This document shows, one piece after another, positions 1-17,668 of a stretch of 64,000 nucleotides of DNA. Below the pieces are notes generated by a model that saw only the letters and a program-made list of their open reading frames with translations, ran no database searches and was not told the DNA's origin. Position numbers and translations under genes: made by a program. Origin of the DNA: Candidatus Tectimicrobiota bacterium (GTDB lineage Bacteria > JACPUC01); assembly GCA_016192455.1 (NCBI GenBank), contig JACPUC010000006.1, forward strand, positions 186,001 through 250,000. The letters run 5' to 3'. Each line of letters opens with the position of its first letter. Position 1 is the first letter of the stretch.

Positions 1-237
1 CTCCTCTTCGCCGCCGCCGAGCGCCGCCCGGAGACGCTGTACCGCCTCAACCTGGAAACGAAGACCCTCACCTTCGAGGCGGACGGCGGCATGCAGCGGC
101 TCGCCATCGACCTCGCCGAGCCGCGGCGCGTCGCTCTGCTGAGCGGGAGCTGGAATTCCCTCGCCATGCTGCAGGCGAATGAGGCCCGCGTGCGCCAGGT
201 GGCGGCGGCCCTCCCCTACATGAACGAGTTCCGCTAG
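1..237 (+). CDS. leuD: 3' end of a CDS, probably 3-isopropylmalate dehydratase small subunit (partial, runs off the window)
   Basis: Frame 1 is open to TAG at 235-237: ...LYRLNLETKTLTF...RVALLSGSWNSLAMLQANEARVRQVAAALPYM, resembling the C-terminus of cyanobacterial-type LeuD. Confidence 0.55.
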   Translation, partial: LLFAAAERRPETLYRLNLETKTLTFEADGGMQRLAIDLAEPRRVALLSGSWNSLAMLQANEARVRQVAAALPYMNEFR

Positions 238-351
238 CGCCGTGGCTGTCGCCCTTGGCAGCCGTGGTGGCGGTACCGGACCTGGGAAGCCGTCCGCGCG
301 GCCACGGAGAGGGTTTTGGGGCCGAGCGGCTGGACCGCGGGGGGAGAGACC

Positions 352-1989
352 ATGCCCATCATCCTGGAGGTGCCGGATTCGTACCAAGAGTTTCGCGCCA
401 GCGGCGCCTGGCTGGGCAAGACGCTGCACGCCTGCATCGACGAGTGGGCCGCGAGCCAGCCGGGCAGCGAGGCGGTCGTCTCACCGCGGGCGCGCCTCAC
501 GTACAGTGCCCTCGCCGAGCGGAGCCGGCAGCTCGCGGCGGGCTTCCAGGAGATCGGCATCGGCCGCGGCGACGTCGTCTCCCTCCTCATCCCGAACCTC
601 GTCGAGTTCAGCCTCATCCACGTTGCCCTCTCCCGCCTCGGCGCCGTCATCAACCCTCTCTACCTCGCCTTCCGCGAGCGCGAGGTGACGCAGTTCGTCA
701 ACCTCGCCGAGTCCAAGGTAATCATCGCGGCGCCGAGCTACGGCGGCTTCGACTACGCCGGCATGCTGCGCACCCTACGGCCGCGGCTCCCCAGCGTCGA
801 GCACCTCGTCGCCGTGGGGGCCGCCCTCGGCCAGGCCACCCCCGCCGGCTTCCTCGACCTGCGGCAGGTCATCGAGCGCGGCGGCCGCGCGGCGGACTTC
901 CCCGACCCGCCGGTGAGCGCCGCTGAGCCGTTCTCCCTCTTCTTCACCTCCGGCAGCACCGGCGAGCCGAAGGGGGTAGTGCACCTGCACGACGCCCCGC
1001 TCAGCAACGCCGCGCACCTCATGCGCGCCTGGGCCTCCGACACGAGCGAGGTGATCCTGGGTCAGGCGCCCTACGGCTTCGCCTTCGGCGCCTACATCGC
1101 CTACTGCAGCCTCGTCGCGGGCGCCAAACTCGTGGTCCTCGAAGCCTTCACTCCGGAGGCGTACGCCCGCCTCGTGCAGGAGGAGCGCGTCACCTACACC
1201 TTCGGCGGGCCGACCCAGGTCCACATGGTGCTCGAGCAGCGGCTGCAGGAACGCTACGACTTCTCCAGCCTCAGGAAGTACCTCATCGGCGGCACGATCT
1301 CGCCACCCGAGTTGATCCGCGAGGCCGCGGCGAAGCTCGAGTGCTATCCTATCGCGCTCTGGGGGATGACGGAGACCTACGGCGGCCTCCATACCTCGTT
1401 TGGCGATCCCCCCGAGTTTGCCGCCACCTCCGTGGGCCGGCCCGCCTTCGGCAACGAGATCATGATTGCCGACGATCGGGGCGCGGAGCTGCCGCCGGGC
1501 GAGGTGGGCGAGCTCCTCTGCCGCGGCGCCATCCTCTTCCACTCCTACCACCAGCGGCCCGATCTCACCCGCGCCAGCTTCAGCAGCACCGCGCGCGGCG
1601 ACGGCTGGTTCCACACCGGCGACCTGGCGTGCCTGGATAGGGCTGGCAATGTGCGCATCGTCTCGCGCCTGAAGGACATGATCAACCGGGGCGGCGCCAA
1701 GGTCTACCCGGCGGAGGTCGAAACCCTCCTGAGCCGCCACCCGAGGATCGCCCAGGCCGCCATGGTGGGCATGCCGGACGAGCGCCTCGGCGAGCGCGCC
1801 TGTCTCTTCGTCACCACCCGCGACGCCGCCCCCCTCGGCCTCGACGAGGTGGTGGCCTTCCTGCGCGCCCAACGCATCGCCAGCTACAAGCTCCCCGAGC
1901 GCCTCGAGGTGATCGACCGCATGCCCCTCAACCCCGCCGCCAAGCTCGATAAGCAGGCCCTGCGCGCGCGCCTCCTGCCGCCGACCTAG
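352..1989 (+). CDS. AMP-dependent acyl-CoA synthetase/ligase (cyclohexanecarboxylate-CoA ligase-like)
   Basis: ANL motifs FTSGSTGEPKG, WGMTE, GWFHTGD, RLKDMINRGG and C-terminal K; ATG at 352 preceded by GGAGAG. Confidence 0.9.
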   Translation: MPIILEVPDSYQEFRASGAWLGKTLHACIDEWAASQPGSEAVVSPRARLTYSALAERSRQLAAGFQEIGIGRGDVVSLLIPNLVEFSLIHVALSRLGAVINPLYLAFREREVTQFVNLAESKVIIAAPSYGGFDYAGMLRTLRPRLPSVEHLVAVGAALGQATPAGFLDLRQVIERGGRAADFPDPPVSAAEPFSLFFTSGSTGEPKGVVHLHDAPLSNAAHLMRAWASDTSEVILGQAPYGFAFGAYIAYCSLVAGAKLVVLEAFTPEAYARLVQEERVTYTFGGPTQVHMVLEQRLQERYDFSSLRKYLIGGTISPPELIREAAAKLECYPIALWGMTETYGGLHTSFGDPPEFAATSVGRPAFGNEIMIADDRGAELPPGEVGELLCRGAILFHSYHQRPDLTRASFSSTARGDGWFHTGDLACLDRAGNVRIVSRLKDMINRGGAKVYPAEVETLLSRHPRIAQAAMVGMPDERLGERACLFVTTRDAAPLGLDEVVAFLRAQRIASYKLPERLEVIDRMPLNPAAKLDKQALRARLLPPT

Positions 1990-2060
1990 GCAGTGCGGCG
2001 GCGCTCCCGTGCTGTCCTCCAGGCGTCGCTCCGGCACGGCCCCGCGCCGGTTCAGGTGCA

Positions 2061-2089
2061 TTGACAGGCGCGAACCACCCCCGTACCCT
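2061..2089 (+). promoter_or_regulatory. Putative sigma70 promoter for the pfkB-rsmD-mnmA unit
   Basis: TTGACA-17 bp-TACCCT. Confidence 0.55.
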
Positions 2090-2247
2090 ACAAGGGGGAA
2101 AGGGGCCGGCGTTCCAGCGCGGCGGCGTCGCAAGGTGAAGGTGGGCCGTGCCGGTGGTCCAAGGAGGGGATCGGCCAGGGGGAGGAGCGGAGAACCGGTG
2201 CCGCGTGGCGTGCCTGGGGTTGCCAGCGCCAGAGAGGGGATGGGAAC

Positions 2248-3168
2248 GTGAGTCTGCTCGTGGTGGGATCGGTGGCGCTCGATTCGGTGCGAACGCCGTT
2301 CGGCGAGGTAGAGGAGGTGCTGGGCGGCTCGGCCACCTACTTTTCCACGGTGGCCAGCTACTTTTGCCAGGTGCAGGTGGTGGCCGTCGTCGGTGACGAC
2401 TTTCCGCACGAGCACCTGGAGTTCCTGCGTTCCCGTGACATTCATCTCGAGGGCCTCAGCGCGGTGCGGGGGAAGACCTTCCGCTGGCGCGGAGAGTACG
2501 GCTACGATCTGAACGAAGCGCACACCTTGGAGACGCGCCTGAACGTCTTCGAGACCTTCGAGCCGGTTCTCCCCGAGAGCTACCGCAAGGCCACCTACGT
2601 CTTCCTCGCCAACATCGACCCGGAGTTGCAGAGCCGGGTCCTCGATCAGGTGATCTCCCCGACGATGGTGGCATGCGATACGATGAACTTCTGGATCGCG
2701 GGGAAGTACGACGCCCTGCGCGCCACCCTGAAGCGCGTGGACCTCCTCGTCATCAATGAAGCCGAGGCGCGCGAGCTGGCCCGGGAGCCGAACATCATCC
2801 GCGCCTGCCGCATCGTCCTCACCTGGGGGCCGAAGATCGTCATCGTGAAGCGCGGCGAGTACGGCGCCATCATGGTGACCGTGGAGAGCATCTTCTCCAT
2901 TCCCGGCTACCCCCTGGAGACCATCGCCGATCCGACCGGGGCGGGCGACTGCTTTGCCGGCGGCCTCATGGGCTACCTGGCGAACGTCAACGACTGGTCC
3001 GAGCCGGCCCTCCGCCAGGGCATCATCTTCGGCAGCGCCATGGCCTCCTTCAATGTCGAGCGGTTCAGCCTCGAGGGTCTCAGGAAGCTCACCTACGAGC
3101 AGATCCTGGAGCGCTACGAAGCCTTCCGCCGCCTCGTCCACTTCGAGAGTGTGCCGAGCCTGGGCTGA
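2248..3168 (+). CDS. PfkB/ribokinase-family carbohydrate kinase
   Basis: GSVALD, GGSATY, NEAE and DPTGAGDCFAGG PfkB signature. Confidence 0.92.
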   Translation: MSLLVVGSVALDSVRTPFGEVEEVLGGSATYFSTVASYFCQVQVVAVVGDDFPHEHLEFLRSRDIHLEGLSAVRGKTFRWRGEYGYDLNEAHTLETRLNVFETFEPVLPESYRKATYVFLANIDPELQSRVLDQVISPTMVACDTMNFWIAGKYDALRATLKRVDLLVINEAEARELAREPNIIRACRIVLTWGPKIVIVKRGEYGAIMVTVESIFSIPGYPLETIADPTGAGDCFAGGLMGYLANVNDWSEPALRQGIIFGSAMASFNVERFSLEGLRKLTYEQILERYEAFRRLVHFESVPSLG

Positions 3169-3279
3169 CCGTGCGGCGCGGCGGCGCCGCGCCGCACGCT
3201 CGCCGCGCGGCACGGGCGGGGTGTGGCGGCGGGCCCGGCGTCGAGGCGGCCAGCCTGGCGGGAGGCGGAGGAGGCGGAG

Positions 3280-3915
3280 GTGCGGGTCATCGCCGGCAGC
3301 GCCCGCGGCCGCACGCTGCAGGCGCCCCGCGGCCTGCGGGTGCGACCGACGGCGGCTCGGGCCCGCGAGTCCCTCTTCGGCATCCTCGGCGCTGCCGTCG
3401 AGGCGGCACGGGTGCTCGACCTCTACGCCGGCGTCGGCTGCCTCGGCATCGAAGCCCTCAGCCGCGGCGCGGCGCACGTCACCTTCGTCGAGTTTGAGGC
3501 GGCCGCGGCGCGGCTGCTGCGGCGCAACCTGGCGCACTGCGGCTTTCCGGAGGCGCGCGGCGCGCCGCCGCAGGAGGCGGCGGCCGCAGGGCCGCGGGCG
3601 CGGCTGCTCGTCCAGCCCGTGGCGCGCGCCCTGCGCTGGCTGGCGCGGCGCGGCGAAGGGTTCGACGTGGTGCTCGCCGATCCCCCCTATGGGGCGCGTG
3701 AGCATGGGGCGCTCCTCGCGGCGCTGGGGGGAGGCTCCCTGCTGCGGCGGGGGGGCCTCGTCATCCTGGAGCACCACCGCAAGCTCGAGGTTCCCGCGTC
3801 CGCGGGGCGGCTGCGGCTGCGCTGGCAGCGCGACGTCGGGGGGACGCGATTCACGGCCTACGGGGACGACCCTGCGGCGGCGGAGGAGGGCTCGCCATGC
3901 CGTACGAGAAACTGA
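3280..3915 (+). CDS. rsmD: 16S rRNA m2G966 methyltransferase RsmD
   Basis: RVIAGSARGRTL, RPT..RESLF, LDLYAGVGCLGIEALSRGA, DPPY; GTG start at 3280 after GGAGG. Confidence 0.9.
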   Translation: MRVIAGSARGRTLQAPRGLRVRPTAARARESLFGILGAAVEAARVLDLYAGVGCLGIEALSRGAAHVTFVEFEAAAARLLRRNLAHCGFPEARGAPPQEAAAAGPRARLLVQPVARALRWLARRGEGFDVVLADPPYGAREHGALLAALGGGSLLRRGGLVILEHHRKLEVPASAGRLRLRWQRDVGGTRFTAYGDDPAAAEEGSPCRTRN

Positions 3916-4508
3916 AGCTCCTGGAGGCGAAGATCGCCGAGGCGACCCAGCTCATGGAGCGCTTGCGGCGTGAGAAGGAGGGGCTGGCGACGCGCTCCGC
4001 GGAGCTGCAGGAGGAGCTGGCGCGGCGCCAGGCGGAACTCGAGCAGGTGCGGCAGGAGAGCGCCGAGTTCCTGCCGCAGCTCGATGATCTCCTGACCCGC
4101 CTGGAGGGGCTCACGGAGGAGGTTGAGGAGGAGCAGCCGGCCGGTCGCGCCCCCCATGTCGAAGCCTCCTCCGCCGCTCCTCGCCGGCAGCCTGGAGAGG
4201 CGGAGGCGACGCCCGCGCCGCCGCTCCTCGGCGCCGTCGAGCCGTGGGGGACGGAGGGGGACGCGGAGGAGGAGGGTGCGTCGCGGCGGGCGCGCGAGCC
4301 CCACCTCGAGCACTACGACCGCGGCGTGCAGCTCGAGCGCGAGGGGCGGTACGAAGAGGCCATCGCCGCCTACCGCAAGGCGCTCACGACGGCGCCGGAG
4401 TTTGTCGACGCCCTCGAGCACTTGGCGTTCCTCCTCGAGAAGCTGAATCGCGAGGAGGAGGCCTCGCCCCTCTGGGCGAAGGTCTTGGCCCTCAAGAAGA
4501 CGAAGTAG
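3897..4508 (+). CDS. Hypothetical protein: N-terminal ZapB-like coiled coil, linker, C-terminal TPR
   Basis: Heptad-rich N-terminus (EKLKLLEAKIAEATQLMERLRREKE); TPR HYDRGVQLEREGRYEEAIAAYRKALTTAPEF. Confidence 0.7.
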   Translation: MPYEKLKLLEAKIAEATQLMERLRREKEGLATRSAELQEELARRQAELEQVRQESAEFLPQLDDLLTRLEGLTEEVEEEQPAGRAPHVEASSAAPRRQPGEAEATPAPPLLGAVEPWGTEGDAEEEGASRRAREPHLEHYDRGVQLEREGRYEEAIAAYRKALTTAPEFVDALEHLAFLLEKLNREEEASPLWAKVLALKKTK

Positions 4509-4645
4509 GGTGCGCGCGCCGCGCCGCTGGCCGGTCCCCGGTGGGGGGCGTCCGGCGCCGGCGCGGAACCTGAGGGGAGGTGCGCTCCTCAGCCGGGGTG
4601 CGGCGTCCCCCAGGCGGCGCGCCGCCCCCTGGAGAGGTTGCCGGC

Positions 4646-5815
4646 GTGGAACCAGTGCAGCCCGGCGGTCGCATCGTCGTCGCCATGAGCGGCGGCGTTG
4701 ACAGCTCCGTCGCCGCGGCCTTCTTGCAGCGGCAGGGCTATGAGGTGGTCGGGATGACGATCCAGACCCATGCCCTGGACGCGAACCGCCGGCGGGGGTT
4801 CGGCGGCTGCTGCTCGAGCGCCGACCTGCGCGATGCGCGCCGCGTCGCCGAGCAGCTCGGCCTGCCGCACTACGTCCTCAACCTCACCGAGGAGTTCCGC
4901 GCGCTCGTCATCGACGAGTTCGTTGCGGAGTACCTTGCCGGGCGCACACCGAATCCCTGCGTGCGCTGCAACCAGCGGGTGAAGTTCGACCTCCTGCTGC
5001 GGCGCGCCGCGGCCATCGGCGCCGCCGCCGTGGCGACCGGCCACTACGCCCGCTGCCAGTGGGAGGCGGCGGCGGGCTCCTACGTCCTGCGGCGCGGGCG
5101 CGACCGCCAGAAGGACCAGAGCTACGTCCTCTTCAACCTCTCGCAGCGGCAGCTCGCCCACCTGCGCTTCCCCCTCGGCGACTGCACGAAGGCGGAGGTG
5201 CGCCGCCTCGCCGCGGAGCTGGGGCTGCCCGTCGCCGCGAAGCCGGAGAGCCAGGAAATCTGCTTCGTGCCGGAGAACGACTACGGGGCCTGGCTGCGGC
5301 GGCAGGTCCCCGATCGCCTGCCCGGCCCCGGCGACATCGTCGATGAGGCGGGGCACGTCCTCGGGCGCCATCGCGGCGTCCCTTTCTACACCGTCGGGCA
5401 GCGCCGCGGCCTCGGCCTGGCGAGCCCCCGTCCCCTCTACGTGCAGCGCCTCGAGCCGCAGCGCAACCGCGTCGTCGTGGCGTCGCACGACAGCCTGGCG
5501 CGGCGCTGCCGCCTGCGCGAGGTGAGCTGGCTGCTGCCGCCCGCCGCCTCGACCTGCCGCGCCGCCGTGCAGATTCGCTCCCGCCACTCGCCCGCCCCGG
5601 CCAGCCTGACGCTCCTGCCCCACCGCGCCGCGGCGGGGGAGAGCGACGGCGGGGTGAGGGTGACCTTCGACGCGCCGCAGCGCGCCGTGACGCCCGGCCA
5701 GGCGGCGGTCTTCTACGCCGCCGACGGGCTCAACGGCGACCGGGTGCTCGGCGGCGGCTGGATCGAGGCGGTGGAGGAGGAGGGGCCGGGCGGCGGCGAG
5801 GCTGCCGCCGGCTAG
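4646..5815 (+). CDS. mnmA: tRNA 2-thiouridine(34) synthase MnmA
   Basis: [50 protein letters not shown]; start assigned to GTG 4646 after GGAGAGG. Confidence 0.95.
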   Translation: MEPVQPGGRIVVAMSGGVDSSVAAAFLQRQGYEVVGMTIQTHALDANRRRGFGGCCSSADLRDARRVAEQLGLPHYVLNLTEEFRALVIDEFVAEYLAGRTPNPCVRCNQRVKFDLLLRRAAAIGAAAVATGHYARCQWEAAAGSYVLRRGRDRQKDQSYVLFNLSQRQLAHLRFPLGDCTKAEVRRLAAELGLPVAAKPESQEICFVPENDYGAWLRRQVPDRLPGPGDIVDEAGHVLGRHRGVPFYTVGQRRGLGLASPRPLYVQRLEPQRNRVVVASHDSLARRCRLREVSWLLPPAASTCRAAVQIRSRHSPAPASLTLLPHRAAAGESDGGVRVTFDAPQRAVTPGQAAVFYAADGLNGDRVLGGGWIEAVEEEGPGGGEAAAG

Positions 5816-5820
5816 CCGCT

Positions 5821-6768
5821 TCAGGTCAGCCCCGGCGGCGAACCCTCCTGCTGCGGAGCCGCCGCGCGCTGGCGTCGCTTCACCGCCTCCCAGCGGGCGT
5901 CGAGGTCGGCGGGGGAGGCGTCCTCGAGGCGCCGGCCGTCGCGGGCGAACTCCTCCTCGACGGCGCGGAAGCGGGCCTCGAACCTCCGCGTCGCGCCGCG
6001 CAGCGCCTCCTCGGCGTTGAAGCGCAGCCAGCGCGCCAGGTTCACGAGGCTGAAGAGGAGGTCGCCGAACTCCGCCTCGCGGTCAGCGTGGGTGCCCTGC
6101 GCCAGGCGCTCGCGCAGCTCCTCCCACTCCTCCTCGACCTTCGCCAGGACGCCGCCGCGGTCGGGCCAGTCGAAGCCGCCGCGCCGCGCCTTCTCCTGCA
6201 GGCGCTGGGCGCGCAGCAGGCCGGGGAGGGTGCGCGGCACCCCGTCGAGGGCGGAGACGGCAGCGCCGCCGGCCGCCGCCCCGCCCGTCCGCCGCTCCGC
6301 CTCGCGCTCGCGCCGCTTCAGCTCCTCCCAGCGCACCAGCACCTCATCGGCGGAGTGCAGCCGCGACCCCTGGCCGAAGACGTGGGGGTGGCGACGCACC
6401 ATCTTGTCGCACGCTTCCCGCAGCACCTCCGTCATGTCGAAGCGCCCCGCCTCGCGGCCGAGCTGGGCGTGGAAGACGATTTGAAAAAGGAGGTCGCCGA
6501 GCTCCTCGGCGGTGCTCCTGGCATCGCCGCTCTCCAGCGCGTCGAGCACCTCGTGCGCCTCCTCCAGGAGGTACGGCTTGATGGAGGCGGCGGTCTGCTC
6601 GCGGTCCCAGGGGCAGCCCTGCGGCGAGCGCAAGCGCTCCATGATGCCGAGGAGATCCTCGAACAGCCGACCCGGCGCGGCGCCCTCGGCCGCGGCGGCG
6701 GCCGGGACCTCCTGCCGCTGGCCGCTCCCCGTTTCCTCAGCACCCCCCTGCTGGGGTCTCTCGGTCAT
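5821..6768 (-). CDS. mazG: Nucleoside triphosphate pyrophosphohydrolase MazG
   Basis: GCPWDREQT, EELGDLLFQ, RRHPHVF, GFDW, EFGDLLF (two MazG domains). Confidence 0.95.
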   Translation of the reverse strand: MTERPQQGGAEETGSGQRQEVPAAAAAEGAAPGRLFEDLLGIMERLRSPQGCPWDREQTAASIKPYLLEEAHEVLDALESGDARSTAEELGDLLFQIVFHAQLGREAGRFDMTEVLREACDKMVRRHPHVFGQGSRLHSADEVLVRWEELKRREREAERRTGGAAAGGAAVSALDGVPRTLPGLLRAQRLQEKARRGGFDWPDRGGVLAKVEEEWEELRERLAQGTHADREAEFGDLLFSLVNLARWLRFNAEEALRGATRRFEARFRAVEEEFARDGRRLEDASPADLDARWEAVKRRQRAAAPQQEGSPPGLT

Positions 6769-6863
6769 CGTCGCCTCCTCTGCCTGCGCCCGGCCGGGCG
6801 TGCCGGCGGCTGCCGCCTGCCTCCCCGCCGACTACCAAGGATGCACCACGTGCGATCACCCAT

Positions 6864-6909
6864 CACAACATGTAGTGGCCGCGTTCCGCCGCCACTACAA
6901 TATATAAAA
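6864..6909. promoter_or_regulatory. Putative tandem NrdR boxes in the divergent mazG/mutL intergenic region
   Basis: CACAACATGTAGTG at 6864-6877 and TACAATATATAAAA at 6896-6909, 32 bp apart; compare consensus CACWATATATWGTG. Confidence 0.45.
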
Positions 6910-7032
6910 AAATGGCGGTTCCTTTCCCCTTGACGGGTGGAGTCGGCTGCGTTATCTCTAAGGTAACCCCGGGCCGCCTCGGCGGCAGCGGAGCCAGGAG
7001 GAGGAGCCACCGGCAGTTGTGGGGGCAGACGC

Positions 7033-10667
<3,635 letters not shown>

Positions 10668-10753
10668 CGACGCGGCGTGGCCCCCGGCGCGGTGCGCGGC
10701 GTCGCCGGTCGTCAGCGGCGGGGGGGCGGCGGCGCGCCTCCCGGGTGGAAGTC

Positions 10754-12340
<1,587 letters not shown>

Positions 12341-12468
12341 GAGGCTCTGGAAGCCGGAGACACCGGGGCGGCGGCGCTGCCGGCGCCATGCTCGGCCGGG
12401 GGACCGGGAGCACGGCACGAGGTGTTGTTCCTGCTCATACCGTGACACGCACAAGGAGCTGGCGACCC

Positions 12469-15963
<3,495 letters not shown>

Positions 15964-16155
15964 CGCGGCATTCTCTCACCCAGCCATCGCTGCGCCGGCG
16001 GCGGCGCCCGATGGGGGGCTTCAACGACCAGGACGCCCTGCAGCGCATCATTGACAGTACAACGTCGTGCAGCGCCTCAACGCCCTGGGGGAGCAACGTC
16101 CTCTCAAACGCTCTTCCACGCAAAACTCTTGGCAGTACCCTCGGCAGGTCCGTTC

Positions 16156-16184
16156 TTGTGAGGTGGGGGGTAGCGGGATATAAT
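16156..16184 (+). promoter_or_regulatory. Putative sigma70 promoter upstream of accA
   Basis: TTGTGA-17 bp-TATAAT; implies a leader of about 200 nt. Confidence 0.6.
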
Positions 16185-16391
16185 AGTCCTCTCACCTGCT
16201 CCTGGGGGTTTGTTCCGGCCGGCTGGAGGGAGCGCCGATGGAGTCGCAGCCGAGGGACTGATATCGTCCGCGGCTGCCGCGCCTAGCTTCCTCGATCGGG
16301 GGGAAGCGCGGTGATCCCTGCCGTGGCGCTGGCGTGGAGGGTTGCAAGCGGTTCCGGGAGCGGGGGGTGAGGGGGAGAGGAGCATGGCGCC

Positions 16392-17348
16392 ATGCACCTG
16401 CTCGACTTTGAACGGCCACTGGCGGAGTTAGAAGAAAAGATCGCCACGTTGCGGGCCTTCCAGGCATCGAACGAGGAGGTCGAGGTCCGGGCGGAGGTCC
16501 GCAAGCTCATGAAGCGCTTGCGGCGCCTCCAACGGGACACCTTCGCGAAGCTGAGCGGCTGGCAGCGGACCCAGGTGGCGCGGCATCCCAACCGTCCCTA
16601 TGTCCTCGACATCATCGGGGGCCTCTGCGCCGATTTCATCGAGCTCCACGGTGATCGCGCCTTTCGCGATGATCCGAGCATCGTCGGGGGCATCGGGCAT
16701 CTTGACGGTATCCCGGTGCTCATCGTCGGGCAGCAGAAGGGGCGGGATACCAAGGAGAAGCTGTACCGCAACTTCGGCATGGCGCACCCCGAGGGCTATC
16801 GCAAGGCCCTGCGCCTCATGCGCCTGGCGGAGAAGTTTCGCAAGCCGATCCTGACGCTCCTCGACACGCCGGGCGCCTACCCCGGCATTGGAGCGGAGGA
16901 GCGCGGTCAGTCCACGGCCATTGCGGAGAGCCTCATGGGCATGGCCTCGCTTGGCGTTCCCATCGTCTGCTGCGTGATCGGGGAGGGCGGCAGCGGTGGG
17001 GCCCTGGCGCTGGGGGTTGGGAACCGTGTCCTCATGCTGAGCAATGCGATCTACTCCGTCATCAGCCCCGAAGGCTGCGCGGCCATCCTTTGGAATGATG
17101 GGAGCCAGGCGCCGAAGGCCGCCGAGGCCTTGAAGCTCACCGCGAGCGATCTCCTCGAACTTGGGGTCATCGATGAGATCATCAAGGAGCCGCCCGGCGG
17201 CGCCCATCGGGACCCCCAACGCACCATCTCCGTCCTTCGCCGCGCCGTGCGGCGCCACCTCCATGAACTCCTGGCCCTGCCCCCTGAGAAGCTCATCGAA
17301 CAGCGCTACGAACGATTTCGTCGCATCGGCCAGTTCAGCGAGCGCTGA
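16392..17348 (+). CDS. accA: Acetyl-CoA carboxylase carboxyltransferase alpha subunit
   Basis: [46 protein letters not shown]. Confidence 0.98.
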   Translation: MHLLDFERPLAELEEKIATLRAFQASNEEVEVRAEVRKLMKRLRRLQRDTFAKLSGWQRTQVARHPNRPYVLDIIGGLCADFIELHGDRAFRDDPSIVGGIGHLDGIPVLIVGQQKGRDTKEKLYRNFGMAHPEGYRKALRLMRLAEKFRKPILTLLDTPGAYPGIGAEERGQSTAIAESLMGMASLGVPIVCCVIGEGGSGGALALGVGNRVLMLSNAIYSVISPEGCAAILWNDGSQAPKAAEALKLTASDLLELGVIDEIIKEPPGGAHRDPQRTISVLRRAVRRHLHELLALPPEKLIEQRYERFRRIGQFSER

Positions 17349-17668
17349 GGCTCCCGCGCGGCGGCTGCTGCGGCATGGTCCCAGCCGGCAAGCCGGCGCC
17401 GGAACCCGGCGCAAGGCAGAACCGGCCGCCAGTCCCCGTCGATTTCCGTGGCCCCGCAGGGCGGCGCCTCGGGAGGGGCGCGGCGCCCGAAAGGTGAACT
17501 CTCGCCGCCGAGTGCTGTCTAATTGCCAGAGTCTGGCCATACCCCATCGGCCGGGAGCATGGCGGGTACGAATGTGCCCGGCGTCTGCCGAGCGGAGGTT
17601 CGATGGGTGGGGCCTGCGGGAGCTGGCAAGCCGCACCTCACCAACCCCACGGGGTCGAGCGACACGCA

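Noticed and set aside
775-3777. Very long antisense/alternate-frame ORFs (e.g. 775..3777, 12295..14829, 20575..23358, 27174..29405)
   Set aside because: Shadow ORFs caused by high GC3 codon bias opposite well-supported genes; no recognisable motifs
17440-17620. Glycine-riboswitch-like words (GCCCGAAAGGTG, AACTCTC) between accA and the TPR gene
   Set aside because: Lacks the CTCTCAGG core and the expected aptamer architecture; the downstream gene context does not fit
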